A DNA stretch of 64,000 nt, taken from Octopus sinensis (taxonomy: Eukaryota). Where the stretch lies: contig NC_043015.1 of NCBI RefSeq assembly GCF_006345805.1, positions 24,552,001 through 24,616,000 on the forward strand, given 5' to 3'. This document shows positions 13,781-27,763 of the stretch, in pieces. Each line of letters starts with the position of its first letter. The first letter of the stretch is position 1. The position numbers were made by a program, and so were the translations under genes. The notes beneath the pieces are model-generated. The model was not told the origin of the DNA. It ran no database searches and saw only the letters and a list, made by a program, of their open reading frames with translations.

Positions 13781-15679
13781 CAGCTAATAGTGTGATCAAA
13801 GCATTGGACAGCAGGCTGCCCTCCATTCTCACAGAATCTTCCAGAACAAACAAGACTGAACGTTCTGAGAAGTAAAACAATAATAATAATAAAAGCAACA
13901 ATAACAGTAACAAAAGCAATAATAAAGAAAAATACTTTTACAAGAAAATATGAGAGACAGCCAAAGCTAGAAGTACTGAATGAAATACTCTTCAAAGGTG
14001 ATAATCACCTGGGCTGGCCACCTGAATCTGGTAGAAGTTAATGAGTTAACTGGGAAAACATTTAGCAAGATTTACCTGTAAGTAATACAACCAAAATATA
14101 TTCAAATTTTATTTCTGAACAGCAAATAAAAATCAAATTATATGTTATGATTATTTACTAAATTTTTATGCAGAATTAGGAATTATAAAAACTCGGTGTT
14201 TCAGACACTGCAGTTGATTGGATGTTTTGAGTTTGATGTCTGCTGGAATTCATTTGAAATCCAGATAAATTTAAATAAAATGTTTGTACATCATGAATAA
14301 TAAAATAAAATGTATAATTCAACTTGAAGCATGATTTAAGATATCAATAGTTTCCTTATATAGTCGTGGATGCTGATTTGTAGAAAGTTCATCAGGCCTT
14401 CAACTCTCAGAAATCACCATTACACTTCTTATCGCTAAATGAAAAACAATGATAAATGAAGAGAGACAAATAACTGGTTTGCTATATCACTATCATATCA
14501 TCAGTTGGACATCCATTTTTCCAATGCTTCAATGGATCAGAAGAAATTCACTAAAGCAGTTTATCTATGGCTGGATGCCCTTCCTGTTTCAAGGCAAGGG
14601 AAGATTTCCCCTTGGCTGGGCATGTTTTCATTAAGGATACAAAGGAATGATACAGCTCGTATGACTGCAACATATGCTTACAACTTGCTTGCAATGTCAC
14701 AACAAACGCACACATAGACATGACTGTTTTCTTTCAGTTTCCTTCAGCCAAATTCACTCATAAGGATTTGGTCAGCTGTGGGCTACAATAGAAGACACTG
14801 CAAAGGCACCATGCATAAGATCTGAACCAGAGAACACAAGGCTGGAAGCAAACTTCCTAACTAAATGGCCATGAAGGTATTTATGCCCCAGTATGATAAA
14901 GATTTATGCTTATAGGCAGTTTTAGTGAAGAACACAAATATTTTTATATAAATATATAAACACCTATGCAACAGAATATAAAAATTATCCAAAATATAAA
15001 ATATCTCTTTTTTTAAAAAGTAAAGCATTTTATATAAAGCGAAAATAAAAAGAAAATAAGAAAAATGTTTTTCAATTAAAATGAAAAATCTAAATCTTTC
15101 AACATACCTTCTACAAACTGAAGAATTCATTAAGATTAAATGTTTCTAATTAATTTTAATTACCTTCAAAAATTAGATTCCTAATTAGAACCAATTAGCG
15201 ATGAATATGCAATAATATGTGACTTTGATTTAACAAGTTAAATATTTGACATTTTCAAACAAGAGATGAAAAAGAACTGTTGCTTTTTTGCATATTTTAA
15301 TCGTATTTGCTGTTGATGTTTAGCCCTAAGTCAATCCTGATTGAGCAGACCTTTGATCAGAGGTGATCAGGTCATGAATGCTAATTTATTTCTTCTTAGA
15401 TTTGTGTTTCAGATATTCTGTATCTAATCAATAAAACATTCTTCCATATGTCCTTCCTTTTTTACAATAATAGTGTTTGATCTGGAGAAGATTTAGCATC
15501 TAGTTTTAACAGAATATCTGGGAAGGATAGCATAGCCTTTGTTTTATTCAGGGCAAAAATGGTGAAAATATTCTCAGACTACAGAATGACTTGACAGTTT
15601 TGTTACCATATTTCTCTTGAAAATCTCTTTGAAATTAATGAGGAATTTACTAAAGTAATTATAATTATTAACCAAAACT

Positions 15680-15905
15680 ATGATGGCAATTTGGCAGAAT
15701 TGTTAGCATGTTGGGCAAAATGCTTCACAACATTTCATTTGACTTTACATTCAAATTCTGGTGAGGTCAGCTTAGCCTTTAATGTTTTGGGGGTCAGTAA
15801 CATAAGTACCAGGCATGAATTGGGGGTTGATTTAATCGACTTAGCTCCTCCCTCGAAACTGTTGGTCTCACACCAAAACTTGAAACCATTATTTACCAAA
15901 TATTT
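15680..15905 (+). mobile_element. SINE family C copy (decayed)
   Basis: tggcagaattgttagca...ataagtaccagg...gatttaatcgactt. Confidence 0.6.
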
Positions 15906-15994
15906 TAGATATTTTGATGGAAGAATTAAATTTAGACTGCTTTAAGACATGTAATATGTCTCAAATAAGTGGGATGGTCTCAAGTGAATTGGTA

Positions 15995-16320
15995 TTTATA
16001 GTGTGGTTAAGAAGCATGCTTGTCAACCATGTGGATTCAGGTTCAGTCCTATTAAACATCACCTTGGACAAGTGTTTTCTAAAATTAGGCTGACCAATGC
16101 TTTTTCAGTCAATTTGGCAAACAGAAACTGTGTGGAAGCTGGTCGTGTACATTTGTGCATTGGTGGATGTTATTGTGTCCCTCACCACTGCTTGTCATCC
16201 AGCACTGGTTTGTTTATGTCTCTCAAACTTAGAGGTTCAGCAAAAGAGACAGACAGAATAAGTATCAGACTTTAAAAACTAAATAACGGAGTCATTTTGT
16301 TTGACTAAACCACTTATCAC
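15995..16320 (+). mobile_element. SINE family A copy (decayed)
   Basis: gtgtggttaagaagcatgct...ccttggacaagtg...cagcaaaagagacagacagaataagta. Confidence 0.65.
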
Positions 16321-16484
16321 TTCCCTTTGTGACCTTACAAGGCACTCATCAAAACACAAATGCCCTACTCTTCTCCAACTATGTTCTTTTCTACTCTAGG
16401 CATAAGGCCCGAAATTTTGGAAGAGGGGTGCCAGTCAATTAGATCGAACACAACTGGTACTTAATTTATCGACCCCAAAATTAT

Positions 16485-16773
16485 GGACACATTGTTTCCA
16501 GCTGGCTGTACAACACGATCTGTGTCCTTATATTTTTGAACAAGGGAATCTAGCACCCCCACTCAGCTCAAAACAATATCTGTGTATTGCGATTTCTGGG
16601 TTATTTCATTTCATCAGCACAGAATAGCTGTTCAGCCAGATGTGCTGCTGCCAAATTCCTGGAAATCGTGATACACAGATATTGTTTTGAGCTGAGTGGA
16701 GGTGCTAGATTCCCTTGTTTGAAAATAAGAGGACACAGATCGTGTCGTATAGCCAGCTGGAGACGATGTCTCC
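16485..16773. mobile_element. Fold-back element/MITE with ~116-bp inverted arms and a ~57-bp spacer
   Basis: 16485-16600 is the reverse complement of 16658-16773 with scattered mismatches (e.g. aacaagggaatctagcac / gtgctagattcccttgtt). Confidence 0.85.
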
Positions 16774-17194
16774 TGGGGCCTAAAAGTAACTATACATAAA
16801 ATATATTTTGCCAGTAACATTCGTCCTAAACCAGGACTGCCATGTTATGTTGGCAAACAATCTTTACTCCAAAGTACTGTTGCTGAATATTTCTCATTGT
16901 GAGATTTAAAAATTGTAATTTTCTAATACATAAGTTTATTTTCAAGAGAAGACACAATGGATATTTATGTGAAATAGCATCATACATACCAAATGTATGC
17001 ATCACATTTACGTAGAACATCTGAAGTGTGAAATACATGAGTATTTCATAACCTCATACAGCAACTCATAGTGTATCCTGCTGAAAATACTAAATAAATA
17101 TTAGATACTAATAGATGAGCAAGAATTATTTGAGGCATGCCATAAGAAATATTTTGCTTCACTGGAATTGCATTTAAACAACCAAATATTCTTC

Positions 17195-17915
17195 CTTCAG
17201 GTGAACATCTCACGGCATCAAACACCGCTAGGAACCTCGCTATGACTGTCGATCATAACTTAAGTTGGAATGTCCACATAAACAAGAAAGTTGACATAAC
17301 CCGCAAGGCTTGCTCCAGGATGCTCGGGACCTTCCAATCTAGAGATGCTTCAACCATTATCCTTCTTTTTTCTACCTTCGCCTTCCCTTATCTTGAATAA
17401 TGTTGTCCGCTATGGTCTCCTTACACGAGCCAGAATATTAAAAAGCTTGAAGCACCCCAGAGATAAATTACAAAAAGAATTGATGGTATGTCTGTTCTTA
17501 ATTACTGGGATCAACTCATGAATCTCAAACTGTATACTCTCCAGTGCCGCCGAGAGTGCTATATTATTTGTATGATGTGGAAATTGTTCCGTCAGTATTG
17601 CCCAAATGATATTGGTATCACTTTTAAAATCCAGACAAGGCTTGGTCCCCGTGCCGTGACTCCTCTACAGAAATCGTGCTCTTAGCACATCACAAGACTA
17701 AGACAGAACCACTTCTTCTCAACTGGACCTGCTCTTTTTAACATCATTCCAAAACATATAAAAGAGGAAAAAATATTTCATAACCTTCAGAAAGTTCCTG
17801 GATGAATATCTCCAACAAACTCCAGATAAACCACCTACACCCGGATATACTGTTGCAAACAACAACTCTTTAATCGAATGAGCAATGGTGCCTAAATGTA
17901 ACTATACATAAAATA
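17195..17915 (+). mobile_element. CR1/L2-group LINE 3' fragment (post-RT region and 3' UTR)
   Basis: LSWNVHINKK...CCPLWSPY...KLEAPQR..TKRIDGMSVLNYWDQLMNLKLYTLQCRRE. Its terminus cctaaa(t/a)gtaactatacataaaata also occurs at about 16779-16805. Confidence 0.8.
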
Positions 17916-18069
17916 CATTACTAAATGTCTTTTCCAGGTAGCACTATTAAGTTAGCTATGGCCGTGGCTAATGTGGCCAAAATATATCTAAGTATGTGTA
18001 TATATATATATATATATATATCAAAAATTAAATGCAGTATAATTACAATCACTCTTATTAGTTGATTAA

Positions 18070-18123
<54 letters not shown>

Positions 18124-18139
18124 GTAATAAGTACTGTTC

Positions 18140-18440
18140 AAGTGTGGACCAATGCCAGTTCCAGGCAAAGATCCCCGTGTCAGTGGCACATAAAAAGCAG
18201 CATCCAAATGTAGTCGATGCCAGTGCTGCCTGACTGACTCCCATACCAGTGGCATGTAAAAAGCATCCACTACACTCTTGGAGTGGTTGGCATTATAAAG
18301 GTCATCTAGCTGTAGAAACCTTGCCAGATCGGATTGGACCCTGGCACAGCCTACTGGCTTGCCAGTTCCCAGTCAAACCGTCTAAATCATGCCAGCATGG
18401 AAAACAGGCATTAAACGATGAGGATGATGATGATGATATA
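18140..18440 (+). mobile_element. RTE-derived 3' tail repeat with two internal units
   Basis: gtggcacataaaaagcagc and gtggcatgtaaaaagcatcc, then ggagtggttggc...catgccagcatgg...(GAT)n. Confidence 0.75.
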
Positions 18441-18539
18441 TATATATTGATAAAGAAATATGGAGAAGAAAGGTAAAGCAATGTTTAAGTAAAGGAAACA
18501 TTTAATTGAATGAAATCATTACTATTCCTCTCTTATCTT

Positions 18540-18910
18540 TTAGTTGTTTCAGTCACTGGAATACGACCATACTGGGGCACTGCTTTAAAGCATTTAGTTG
18601 AAGAAACAAAACCTAGAACTTTACCTAAAGCTATATTCCATCATTCTCTTTTTCCAAACTTCTAAGTTACAGTGACATAAACAAACCAACACTGGTTAGC
18701 AAGAAGCAGTGATGGGGGACGAATAAGCCCACAGAGACACACTCACACACACATGACAGGCTTACTTCAGTTTCCATTCACCAAATTCACTCACAAAGTT
18801 TCAGTAACCTGAGGATAGCATAAAAGATACTTTGCCCAAGGTGCTATGCAGCAGACCAGAACCTGGAACCACGTGATTGCGAATCAAGCTTCTTCCCACC
18901 CAGCCACACC
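18540..18910 (-). mobile_element. SINE family A copy (decayed, reverse)
   Basis: tgtttcagtcactgg...cagtttccattcacc aaattcactcac...ttgcccaagg. Confidence 0.65.
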
Positions 18911-19731
18911 TGCCTGCTTGTTTTATTTCTCCATACATCATTATATAAAGGAAAATTTGACGATTTAACAATGTGTGCATAAGCTACACCTATAGCATGT
19001 TCATTTTGTAGCAAATTAGCTTTGATCAGAAAACGTCTTTGTGTGTGAAGGATCCTCAGTTCCACAGAGAGAGCAACATACAATGGCCTGTTTGTGAACA
19101 TCAAAGGAAAGAGATAAACACAACATTTTGGTAAGCTTTGCCCTAGAATTTTCCATTTATTGATATGGTAAAAGAAGGCCTGACAGGGAATTGATGCCAT
19201 CTTAAAGGGAAGGTAAAATGTTATGGAATGGTTGAAGGATGATACAGGGCAGCAGCAAAGTATATCCTGCATCAAAATCAGGAATTTTATTTGGTTTTAT
19301 GAAAGGGATGGTAACAGATTGCTTGAAAACGGTTGTAAAGAAATTAATCATGCAACTATCTTTCTGAAATGGTGGAAGAGAAGGAACTAAGGTGGACAGA
19401 TGGCACTTGGGGATGTGGGCCATTTGTCTCTGTGAGAGAAAGAAAGAGGGGAGAATGAACAGAAGGAAAGAATGAAAGAGCAAATGAAAAGAGAGAAGAA
19501 AGTGCTGAAGAATGAGAACTGGCAAAAGAAAGAGAGAGAGTGAAATTGAAAACTCAGGGACAATGAAATAGGAAGATATAAAAACGACTGAAGGAAAAGT
19601 GAGGAAGAAAGAGAAAGAAAAATACAGAGAAAAAGAGAGAGAGAGATAAACAAATAGGAAGAAGAAAAAACAATTTGAAAGAAAGAGAGAAAGAGTAAGG
19701 AAAAGAAAATAGACAGATACAGATATACAGG

Positions 19732-19879
<148 letters not shown>

Positions 19880-21020
19880 CAGACAACTAGATAGACTGAC
19901 AAACAGACAATCAGTCAGATAGATCACTAGCTTGCAAGACAGACACCCATTTCTTATTTTTAAAGTAATTTATTATGGAAATTAAGCTAAGAAGAAAAAT
20001 ATTTCTTTGTAAGTTTTCAGAAAAGACACTTATGAATATTGATTCAGATTTGTGTTTACACTTTCTAATAAGTTATTTCTTTTAAAATTAGAAATTTCTT
20101 ATCTTCGACAATGGCAGCATAATAACTTAACTAAACGTTTTTAACAATGGTGCTGACAAATGGAAACAGTTTGGTAAGAGACTAGCAGAGACACAGAAAA
20201 TACTGTTGCTATATTCACGTGTATATAAGTGTGAATATATATGCCTGTGAGTGTAAATGTGTATGTATGTATGCATATACACACACACACACACACAAAC
20301 ACAAACACACACAAGAGAGAAGAAAGGTGACAAAGAGCAAAGGCAGAAGTTGTGAACTGAACTGGAAGTTGTGACAGGGTGACAGACTTCATAATTTTTA
20401 TTTTATGAAGAATATAAATAAACTGTTCCAAGTTGTTGCTAAAAGCTCTTGTCTTTTACAAATATAAAACAATCATACAGATGTGCAATATATGGATGTG
20501 TACATATGCATACAAACACACACACACAAACGTGTGTGTGTGTTTTATCCATCATCATTGTCACCATTCTCATTTTAATATACACTTTCTATGAATGAAT
20601 ACCATTCCTATTGCCAACTCGCATCTGAAGTAAGAGTAACATTTTTCCATGCCTGCAGATGTTGCAACGAAAGACTGGAGGCAACTGAAATAGTTTGAAT
20701 AATGGGTGACACATTTACATCTAGTGGGTGATGGCAAGAAAGAGAAACAAAGTCACCCATGCACACATATACATTTATATATATATATATATAATTTCAA
20801 TATGGAGCAAATATTTCACAAAAAGATAATTTGCAAAGATACCATTGACTTTGTTATTATCTAGTGTAACAATTTTAAAATTTGGCTTCAGGTGGTTGAT
20901 TTCTGTAGTTATTATCAGTGTACTTTGGCGATTTAAATAAGAGTACTGACTGTTATTTTTAGCAGGTAGACATAATTAGTATGCCCTTTGATTAATTTTA
21001 ATCCTTCAGTTATATACACA

Positions 21021-21758
21021 CAGTAGTACTTCAGTTTTCGAACAACTCTGATCACAAATAAATTGTGCTTTATCTCCTGTCTTTCTCATATTCATTTAAT
21101 ACAGTAGCACTTCAGTTTACGAACACCTCTGATCATGCAAAAATTAGATATACATATATTTATTACAATTATATATACATATATATCACAATCAAAATCA
21201 AATTCGCTGAAATGGCCAATGACAGCTCAGCCTGACTGGCATCTGTGCCAGGGGAAGGTTAAAAGCACCATCCGAGCATGATCGTTGCCAGGGCTGCTGA
21301 GTGGCTTCCATGCTGGTGGTACATAAAAAGCACCATTCGAGTCTGAATGTTACCAGCGTCACCTTACTGGTACTTGTGCCGGTGACATGTGAAAAGTAAC
21401 ATTCAAGCGAGGTTGTTGCCAGTGCTACTGGACTGGCTCCTGTGCAGGTGGCACATAAAAAAACACCATTTCTGCATAGCATTTGGCAGTACCGCCTGAC
21501 TGGCACTCGTGCCAGTGGCACGTAAAAGCACCCACTACACTCTCGGAGTGGTTGGTGTTAGGAAGGGCATCCAGCTGTAGAAACTCTGGCAGATCAGATT
21601 GGGGCCTGGTGCAGCCATCTGGCTTGCCAGTCCTCAGTCAAACCATCCAACCCATGCCAGCATGGAAAGCAGACGTGAAATGATGATGACGATATATATA
21701 TCTAGATAAAGCCCGATATATTTTTGATCAGAGTTGTTCAAAAACTGAGGTACATCTG
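21021..21758. mobile_element. pogo/Tigger-like MITE ends flanking an inserted RTE-tail repeat
   Basis: cagtag(t/c)acttcagttt(t/a)cgaaca(a/c)ctctgatca at 21021-21054 and 21102-21135, with an inverted copy at 21725-21758 followed by TA. Confidence 0.55.
21190..21695 (+). mobile_element. RTE-derived 3' tail repeat with about five ~65-bp internal units
   Basis: aaaag(c/t)a-type motif at about 21261, 21327, 21392, 21457 and 21525, then the conserved tail and (GAT)n. Confidence 0.75.
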
Positions 21759-21776
21759 TATGTATATATATATATA

Positions 21777-21941
21777 GGCGCAGGAGTGGCTGTGTGGTAA
21801 GTAGCTTGCTAACCAACCACATGGTTCCGGGTTCAGTCCCACTGTGTGGCACCTTGGGTAAGTGTCTTCTACTATAGCCTCGGGCCGACCAAAGCCTTGT
21901 GAGTGGATTTGGTAGACGGAAACTGAAAGAAGCTCGTCGTA

Positions 21942-21986
<45 letters not shown>

Positions 21987-22215
21987 ATGCGTGTATGTTT
22001 GTGTGTCTATGTTTGTCCCCCTAGCATTGCTTGACAACCGATGCTGGTGTGTTTATGTCCCTGTCACTTAGCGCTTCGGCAAAAGAGACCGATAGAATAA
22101 GTACTGGGCTTACAAAGAATAAGTCCCGGGGTCGAGTTGCTCGACTAAAGGCGGTGCTCCAGCATGGCCGCAGTCAACTAACTGAAACAAGTAAAAGAGT
22201 AAAGAATAAAGAGTA
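21777..22215 (+). mobile_element. Full-length SINE family A (CpG-retaining, likely young)
   Basis: Complete head, body and tail as at 11684; many CpGs preserved. Confidence 0.92.
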
Positions 22216-22291
22216 TATATATATATATAAATGTATATATCTATCTATCTGTATGTATATACATGTTTGTTTTTGTTTGTTTTTGTTTTTT

Positions 22292-22500
22292 CCAGTTTCA
22301 GCTCTTGAGCTGTGGACATGCTGGGGCACCGCCATTGTGGTGAAAGAGTACAGCAGGGATCACCACCCCCTGCCGGAGCCTCGTAGAGCTTTTTTTAGGT
22401 GTTTTCGCTCAATAAACACACACAACGCCCGGTCTGAGAATCGAAACCGCGATCCTGCGACCGCGAGTCCGCTGCCCTAACCACTGGGCCATTGCGCCTC
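22292..22500 (-). mobile_element. tRNA-headed SINE (family D head) with a CR1-like LINE-derived tail
   Basis: Minus strand: A box tggcccagtgg, B-box-like ggtttcgattc. The 3' 45 nt match the LINE end at 29076-29120 at 42/45 positions. Confidence 0.85.
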
Positions 22501-23799
22501 TACGTGTATATATGTGTATAAATATATACACACGCACACATAAACACACAAATACATACATACATATACACACATGTACACATATACACACATATATATA
22601 CATACACACATACATGTGTGAGTGCATTTGTGTGTATGTATGTATATATGTTGGTATGTATAAATGGCTTCTTTCAATTTCTATCAACCAAATCCACTCA
22701 CACAGCACTGGATTGTGCAAGGTGCTGAGCAGTGGGACTGAACCTGAAACCACAAGGTTGAAAAGCAAGCTTCTTAACCCCCACAGCTATTTGTCCTTCT
22801 GTGTTGCTTTTGTTGTTATGGTGCTTGTTAAAGTGTGCACACATATGTGTGAGTGCGTGTGTGTGTGTATGTGTGTGTGCATGTATGTATATATGCGTGT
22901 GTGTGTGCATAAACATAAGGACAAAATAATTGATGTGATGTTTGGCAGTTTTGTTTAGTCTGACAGTTTCGTCTTCTTCATATTTCACTAAAAGAGTAAA
23001 TGGGAATTCATTAAGTTATTCTGAAAGTGTTTTGGTTACAATCCAAATAAAGATTTTCGTCCTCCACAGGGTGATGTCAGTTTAGAGGTCATCAATTGTT
23101 ATATAACAAATTATATAACAACACACATTGCTTCGCCAATAATCAGACATTGAACAATGGCAATTTATTGTGATTTGTAGGGGAAGACGACAGTATTGAT
23201 AGAGTCATCAAAGGGTTTGGGGGTCGTAGAATTTAGTTTGCAGACTTAGAACTTGGTCAAAGAAATTCTCAGACATTAAAAACAAAAGACACAAAAGGGC
23301 AAAAAGATAAAGTAAATACAACTTAGAAATTACTAATCAAACATTAGTAATTAAATGACTTAATGGATTTTAAAATAGAAATGCTAGTCTTGAAAACATA
23401 TTCAATAATGAGAATATTAAAGATGTTTTAATTAGAATATAATTTTTTTTTTTTTTACAATTGTCCATTAGTGGAAATACAAACAAGAAACAACTGTGTT
23501 TTCTGCTAGCATATTTCCATTTCACTGAAATTTGGTTGCATAAGAGTACCCCACGATGTATTAAATGTATAGAAAATAATGATTAGTCGTGGAAACTGAT
23601 TCCATGATGTAAATTTATAATTGACTAGGTTTTAAGCACACGGTACAATACATTCACACATATTAATTGAGGTTTTAATTACAGAATATTAATAATGTGA
23701 AAATCAATATAATAATGCATGTGTCTTTCGAAAGTAGGAAACTTGTTAGTTTATGTTTGTGTTGTGTTTATAATGGGTGTACGTGTACATATGAACATA

Positions 23800-23800
23800 C

Positions 23801-23861
<61 letters not shown>

Positions 23862-23897
23862 GATCTATCTATCTATCTATCTATCTATCTATTTATC

Positions 23898-23930
<33 letters not shown>
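23800..23930. repeat. (TCTA)n microsatellite
   Basis: Long, slightly interrupted TCTA run. Confidence 0.95.
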
Positions 23931-23935
<5 letters not shown>

Positions 23936-24185
23936 GATAGACATGTAGATAGATAGATAGATAGATAGATAGATATAAATGTAGGTTCCATGGATCGAGG
24001 TGTTGGACAAAAGTTAGCGTCAAGCAATCCGTAGTAAATATAGAAAAATAACTTTCAGGGACAGTAGTGGTTTATTGAGATGGAAGGTTGTGGATTATTT
24101 TGTATTGAAGTACAATAAGCTGGAAAGAGTTCCTTCTATATTTCACTGTAGGTGACCAGGGTTGCTGGGTGTGTGAATAAGAATA

Positions 24186-24403
24186 CAAAAGTTACAGAAT
24201 GGAATAGGTAAGATCTGGGCTACATATGTTTCATAGTGAGTGGAATCTCAGAAATGGTAAACATCCAAGCGAGATGTATACCGCCAGCTACTTTTCAGGC
24301 CAATGTAAATTAAAGGTTACATTGTAACAAGGAGCTTCATGCTGGCACATCAAAGATTCAAACATATGTAGCCCGCATCATACCAACTCCATTCTGTAAC
24401 TCT

Positions 24404-24405
<2 letters not shown>
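24186..24405. mobile_element. MITE with ~46-bp imperfect TIRs and TA flanks (Tc1/mariner-type)
   Basis: ta-caaaagttacagaatggaatagg...gggctacatatgttt is inverted at aaacatatgtagccc...ccattctgtaactcttg-ta. Confidence 0.75.
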
Positions 24406-24439
<34 letters not shown>

Positions 24440-24441
24440 TG

Positions 24442-24760
24442 TACAAATTTGACATGGGTGATTCTTTCTTGTCTTGAGATTCACTGTCAAACAGCTGGGT
24501 GGAATTGCGCGAAAAATTACACAGATGTGTAGAATGATCTGGTGTTGATGCTGGGCTTTGTACATGGTTACCGAGATAATCTTCTATAATAATACTCTTG
24601 TGTTAATGAATGAGAAAGGATGATATCATACTTGGTAGTGGGATGATGAAAATTGTACGCTAAAAAAATAAATCAAGCAGCATTTCAAATCTGTGTGAAT
24701 ATGTGTGTGAATGTGAATGTGTGTGTGTGTGTGTTTGTGTGTGTGTGTGCATGTGCACAT
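24442..24760 (+). repeat. Dispersed repeat of unknown class (copy 1; copy 2 at ~60933-61340)
   Basis: gacatgggtgattctttcttgtcttg...aaaaattacacagatgtgtagaatgatctggtg...cagcatttcaa.tctgtgtgaatat is shared by both sites. Confidence 0.75.
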
Positions 24761-25151
24761 GCAAAGGAAGTGGGATGGTTCATCTTTGTTTGCTTAGTAT
24801 TTGGGTTTTTTGTTTTGATTTGGTTGAATCTTTGTTGGTTTAGTTTTTTTGGTGGTCAGTTATTTTTAGCACTTTGACAGAAAAAAGTCATTCTAAAATT
24901 GATCTTTAATGTAAGCGTGCCCAAACAAGTCAAATGCTTACACAGAGCAAGTTTTAAAGCCCCATCTTTCAAACCGACCGGATGAAACTGGGCTTAGCTG
25001 CTAGCTACATATACATATGTGTGTGTGTGTGTGTGTGTGTGAATCAAAGTTTGTCTGACTGATTCTGATCTCATAGTGCAACTAAGTGGAGTTCTAACAC
25101 AGAAACAACTTTACACACTCAGTTGCAAAATAACTGCGAACATAATAAAAA

Positions 25152-25182
<31 letters not shown>

Positions 25183-25399
25183 TGTCCCTACGAGACCTCT
25201 GACAACAGGTTGCTGTCCCCTCTCACAGAATCAACCAAAGCAAGACTGAGATCTCTGAGAAGTGAAAGAATAATAATAGTTTAATAGTTTGGCACAAGGC
25301 CAGCAATTACATCAACCCCAGTGTCCAACTGGTATTTATGTTACTGACCCCTAAATGATGAAATGCAAAGTCATCTTGCATATGAAGTTATCCTGTCCA

Positions 25400-26625
25400 T
25401 CTGCACTGAATTCTCAGCAGCAGGCAATACTGGAAATATCACATTTTCCTAAGATTTTGGCATTTGGTATCTGTTTTTGCCATTTTATGTTGCAGACTGT
25501 GCATGAACAGCACACCTGAAAGGTTCCAAGTCTCTGTATATGTCTGTAGAAGGGAGTCTCTACTTCAGTTCCAAACAAAAGTGTGCTCAAAATACAAGAA
25601 TTGTACACACTTATTTTAGTTTCCAAACTGGTTCAATGCTCATCATATAAACAACGAGAAAGTTTTCCAAAAGCATTTGCAGCTTCAGATATTCTAACAT
25701 TGATTCCACCATCAAAAGTTCTTTTTGAGGCTCAGGTCATTCATGCAAGTCATTCATGCAAGTCATTGAGGCTCAGGTCATTCATGCAAGTTCAGTAAAC
25801 TTTAACCTGAACTTCCAAGATATATAAATGTCCTGAACCATTTGAATCTTGTGTATGTTCTGTACGAAGCTTTGGTTCAAATAAAACTTCAGTCTTTTTG
25901 TTGCTGATAGTAAGTTGAAATGCATGAGCTGCCACAGCAAACCTGTTGACCGTTTCCTGAATTCCCTCAAATGTATGAAAGATCAAAGTACAATCATTAG
26001 CAAACAGAATCACACCTGATCTCTTCCTTGGTCTTTTTCTTTGATCTCATGCTTTGCCCATTTAGGTTTAGTAGAGTTTTGTCAGTGTGGAACTTAAATT
26101 TTACACCTTCATGGAAATTCCTAAAAGCATGTTGGAGTAGCATCACAAAGAATATAGCAAAAAATACAGTAGCTAAAACACGGCCATGTTTAGTGCTAGT
26201 GGCAACAGAAAATGTCTCTTTACGTTCATCATCATTATCATTTTCAGTTAGATATCATTGTTGTCATCATTCCATCATGCGAAGAAACTATTACATTTCA
26301 TCAGGAGGACCAACTTTTGACAAAACTTTTCAGAGCACCCCACAGTTCACTGTATCAAAGGCCTTGGTCAAATCAACAGAGAACACGTACAATCCAGTGT
26401 TTTGCTCTGCTCGCATGGCTTTTCTGACACTAACCTAAGGGCCAAAAAAATCGACTGAGTCTTTTCCAGCCCAAAATCCACATTGGGAATCAGAACATGT
26501 GTTGCTTACTGTATGCTTATCAAAGGGATTAAGAACCATCCCTGCAAGAATATTTTTGGCTATGCACAACAAACTTATTCCCTTGTGATTATCACATAAA
26601 CACTTCTCTTTGTTTTTGTAAATGA
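25400..26625 (-). mobile_element. RTE (BovB-like) LINE reverse transcriptase remnant
   Basis: Minus-strand pieces: YKNKEKC..NHKGISLL, SQCGF, VDLTKAFDTV, LFANDC..., FQLTISNKKTEV, TKISVYNSCILSTLLFG. Many stops and frameshifts. Confidence 0.85.
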
Positions 26626-27592
26626 TGATGATGATGATGATAAATAATTAGATTCATATGAATATTGCATGTTTGAATGGTGGTCAAGCAATCGTTGGTG
26701 CCTGTCTCTCTCTCTCTCTTGTCACTCTCTCTCTCTGCCTCTCTCTCTCACTCTGCCTCTCTCTCTCTCTCTCCAGGATAATCAAGTTCAGTCAGTTCAA
26801 GAATTTGAATAAAAAGATAATTATAATGTCGTGCATTGGTTGACAGTGAGAAGTGATGGACAAAAGAAGCAACACTGCGAACACACAATTGATTCCAATC
26901 CAAAGTATACCAAAATATAATGAGTGGTTATAAAAAACAACGAAAACAACAAGAACAACAACAGACCATAACAAGTTTAATGAAGATGGTGATTATCTCA
27001 AATAAGCCACCACCTGCAGGGAAAGAGATCAACAAGTATATATGCATATCCTAAATGACATATACCTTTTCCTTTGTAAGAGACTAATGATTGCTGGTGG
27101 GCTTTTGTTTTCTTTCTCTTTATGTGTCTGTCAAAAATTTTTTTTTTCATTTATTAAGAATTGTTTATGGATGTCATTCAGTGCATCTGTATACACTTGA
27201 TTTCTCTCCAATCTGACCCTGCAGAGCTATTGACATTATTTCCCTTAGCTGAAATGTGTTTACAAAATTAAACTACACACAAACACACACCAAAACATCT
27301 AAACACACACAAACACACATGCAAACACACACACATATATATGTACATATATGTGTGTATATGTATGCCTTGTGTCTATATTTGTCCCCTACCCCTGCTG
27401 AATGACAACTGGCGCTGGTGTGCTTACATCTCCATGACTTAGCAGTTTGGCAAAAATGATTGACAGAATAAGTATCAGGCTTCAAAAACAACAGGGACTA
27501 GGGTATTCCAGGTGGTGCCCCAGCATGGCCACAGTCTAATGTCCATTTTCCTTCCTTATATGCACACATATATACATACATGCATATACATT

Positions 27593-27643
<51 letters not shown>

Positions 27644-27703
27644 TGTGTATGTATATATGTATATATTTATGCATGTCGATGATGATGATGATGTATGTAT
27701 GTA

Positions 27704-27750
<47 letters not shown>

Positions 27751-27763
27751 ATATACATACATA

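Noticed and set aside
13997-14077. Possible plus-strand exon VIITWAGHLNLVEVNELTGKTFSKIY ending at gtaagt
   Set aside because: Poor acceptor, no polypyrimidine tract, no recognisable product, and it lies next to an R4-like tail.
14345-14400. Minus-strand CTGATGA...GAAAC pair
   Set aside because: No credible stems II, III or I.
19000-19420. Possible LINE RT fragment (VFKQSVTIPFIKPNKIP)
   Set aside because: Only one short motif-like stretch; downstream RT motifs are absent.
22430-22500. tRNA gene
   Set aside because: A and B boxes are present but the acceptor stem is not, and the sequence continues into a SINE body and LINE tail. The tRNA-like segments at 36.3 and 44.95 kb are rejected for the same reason.
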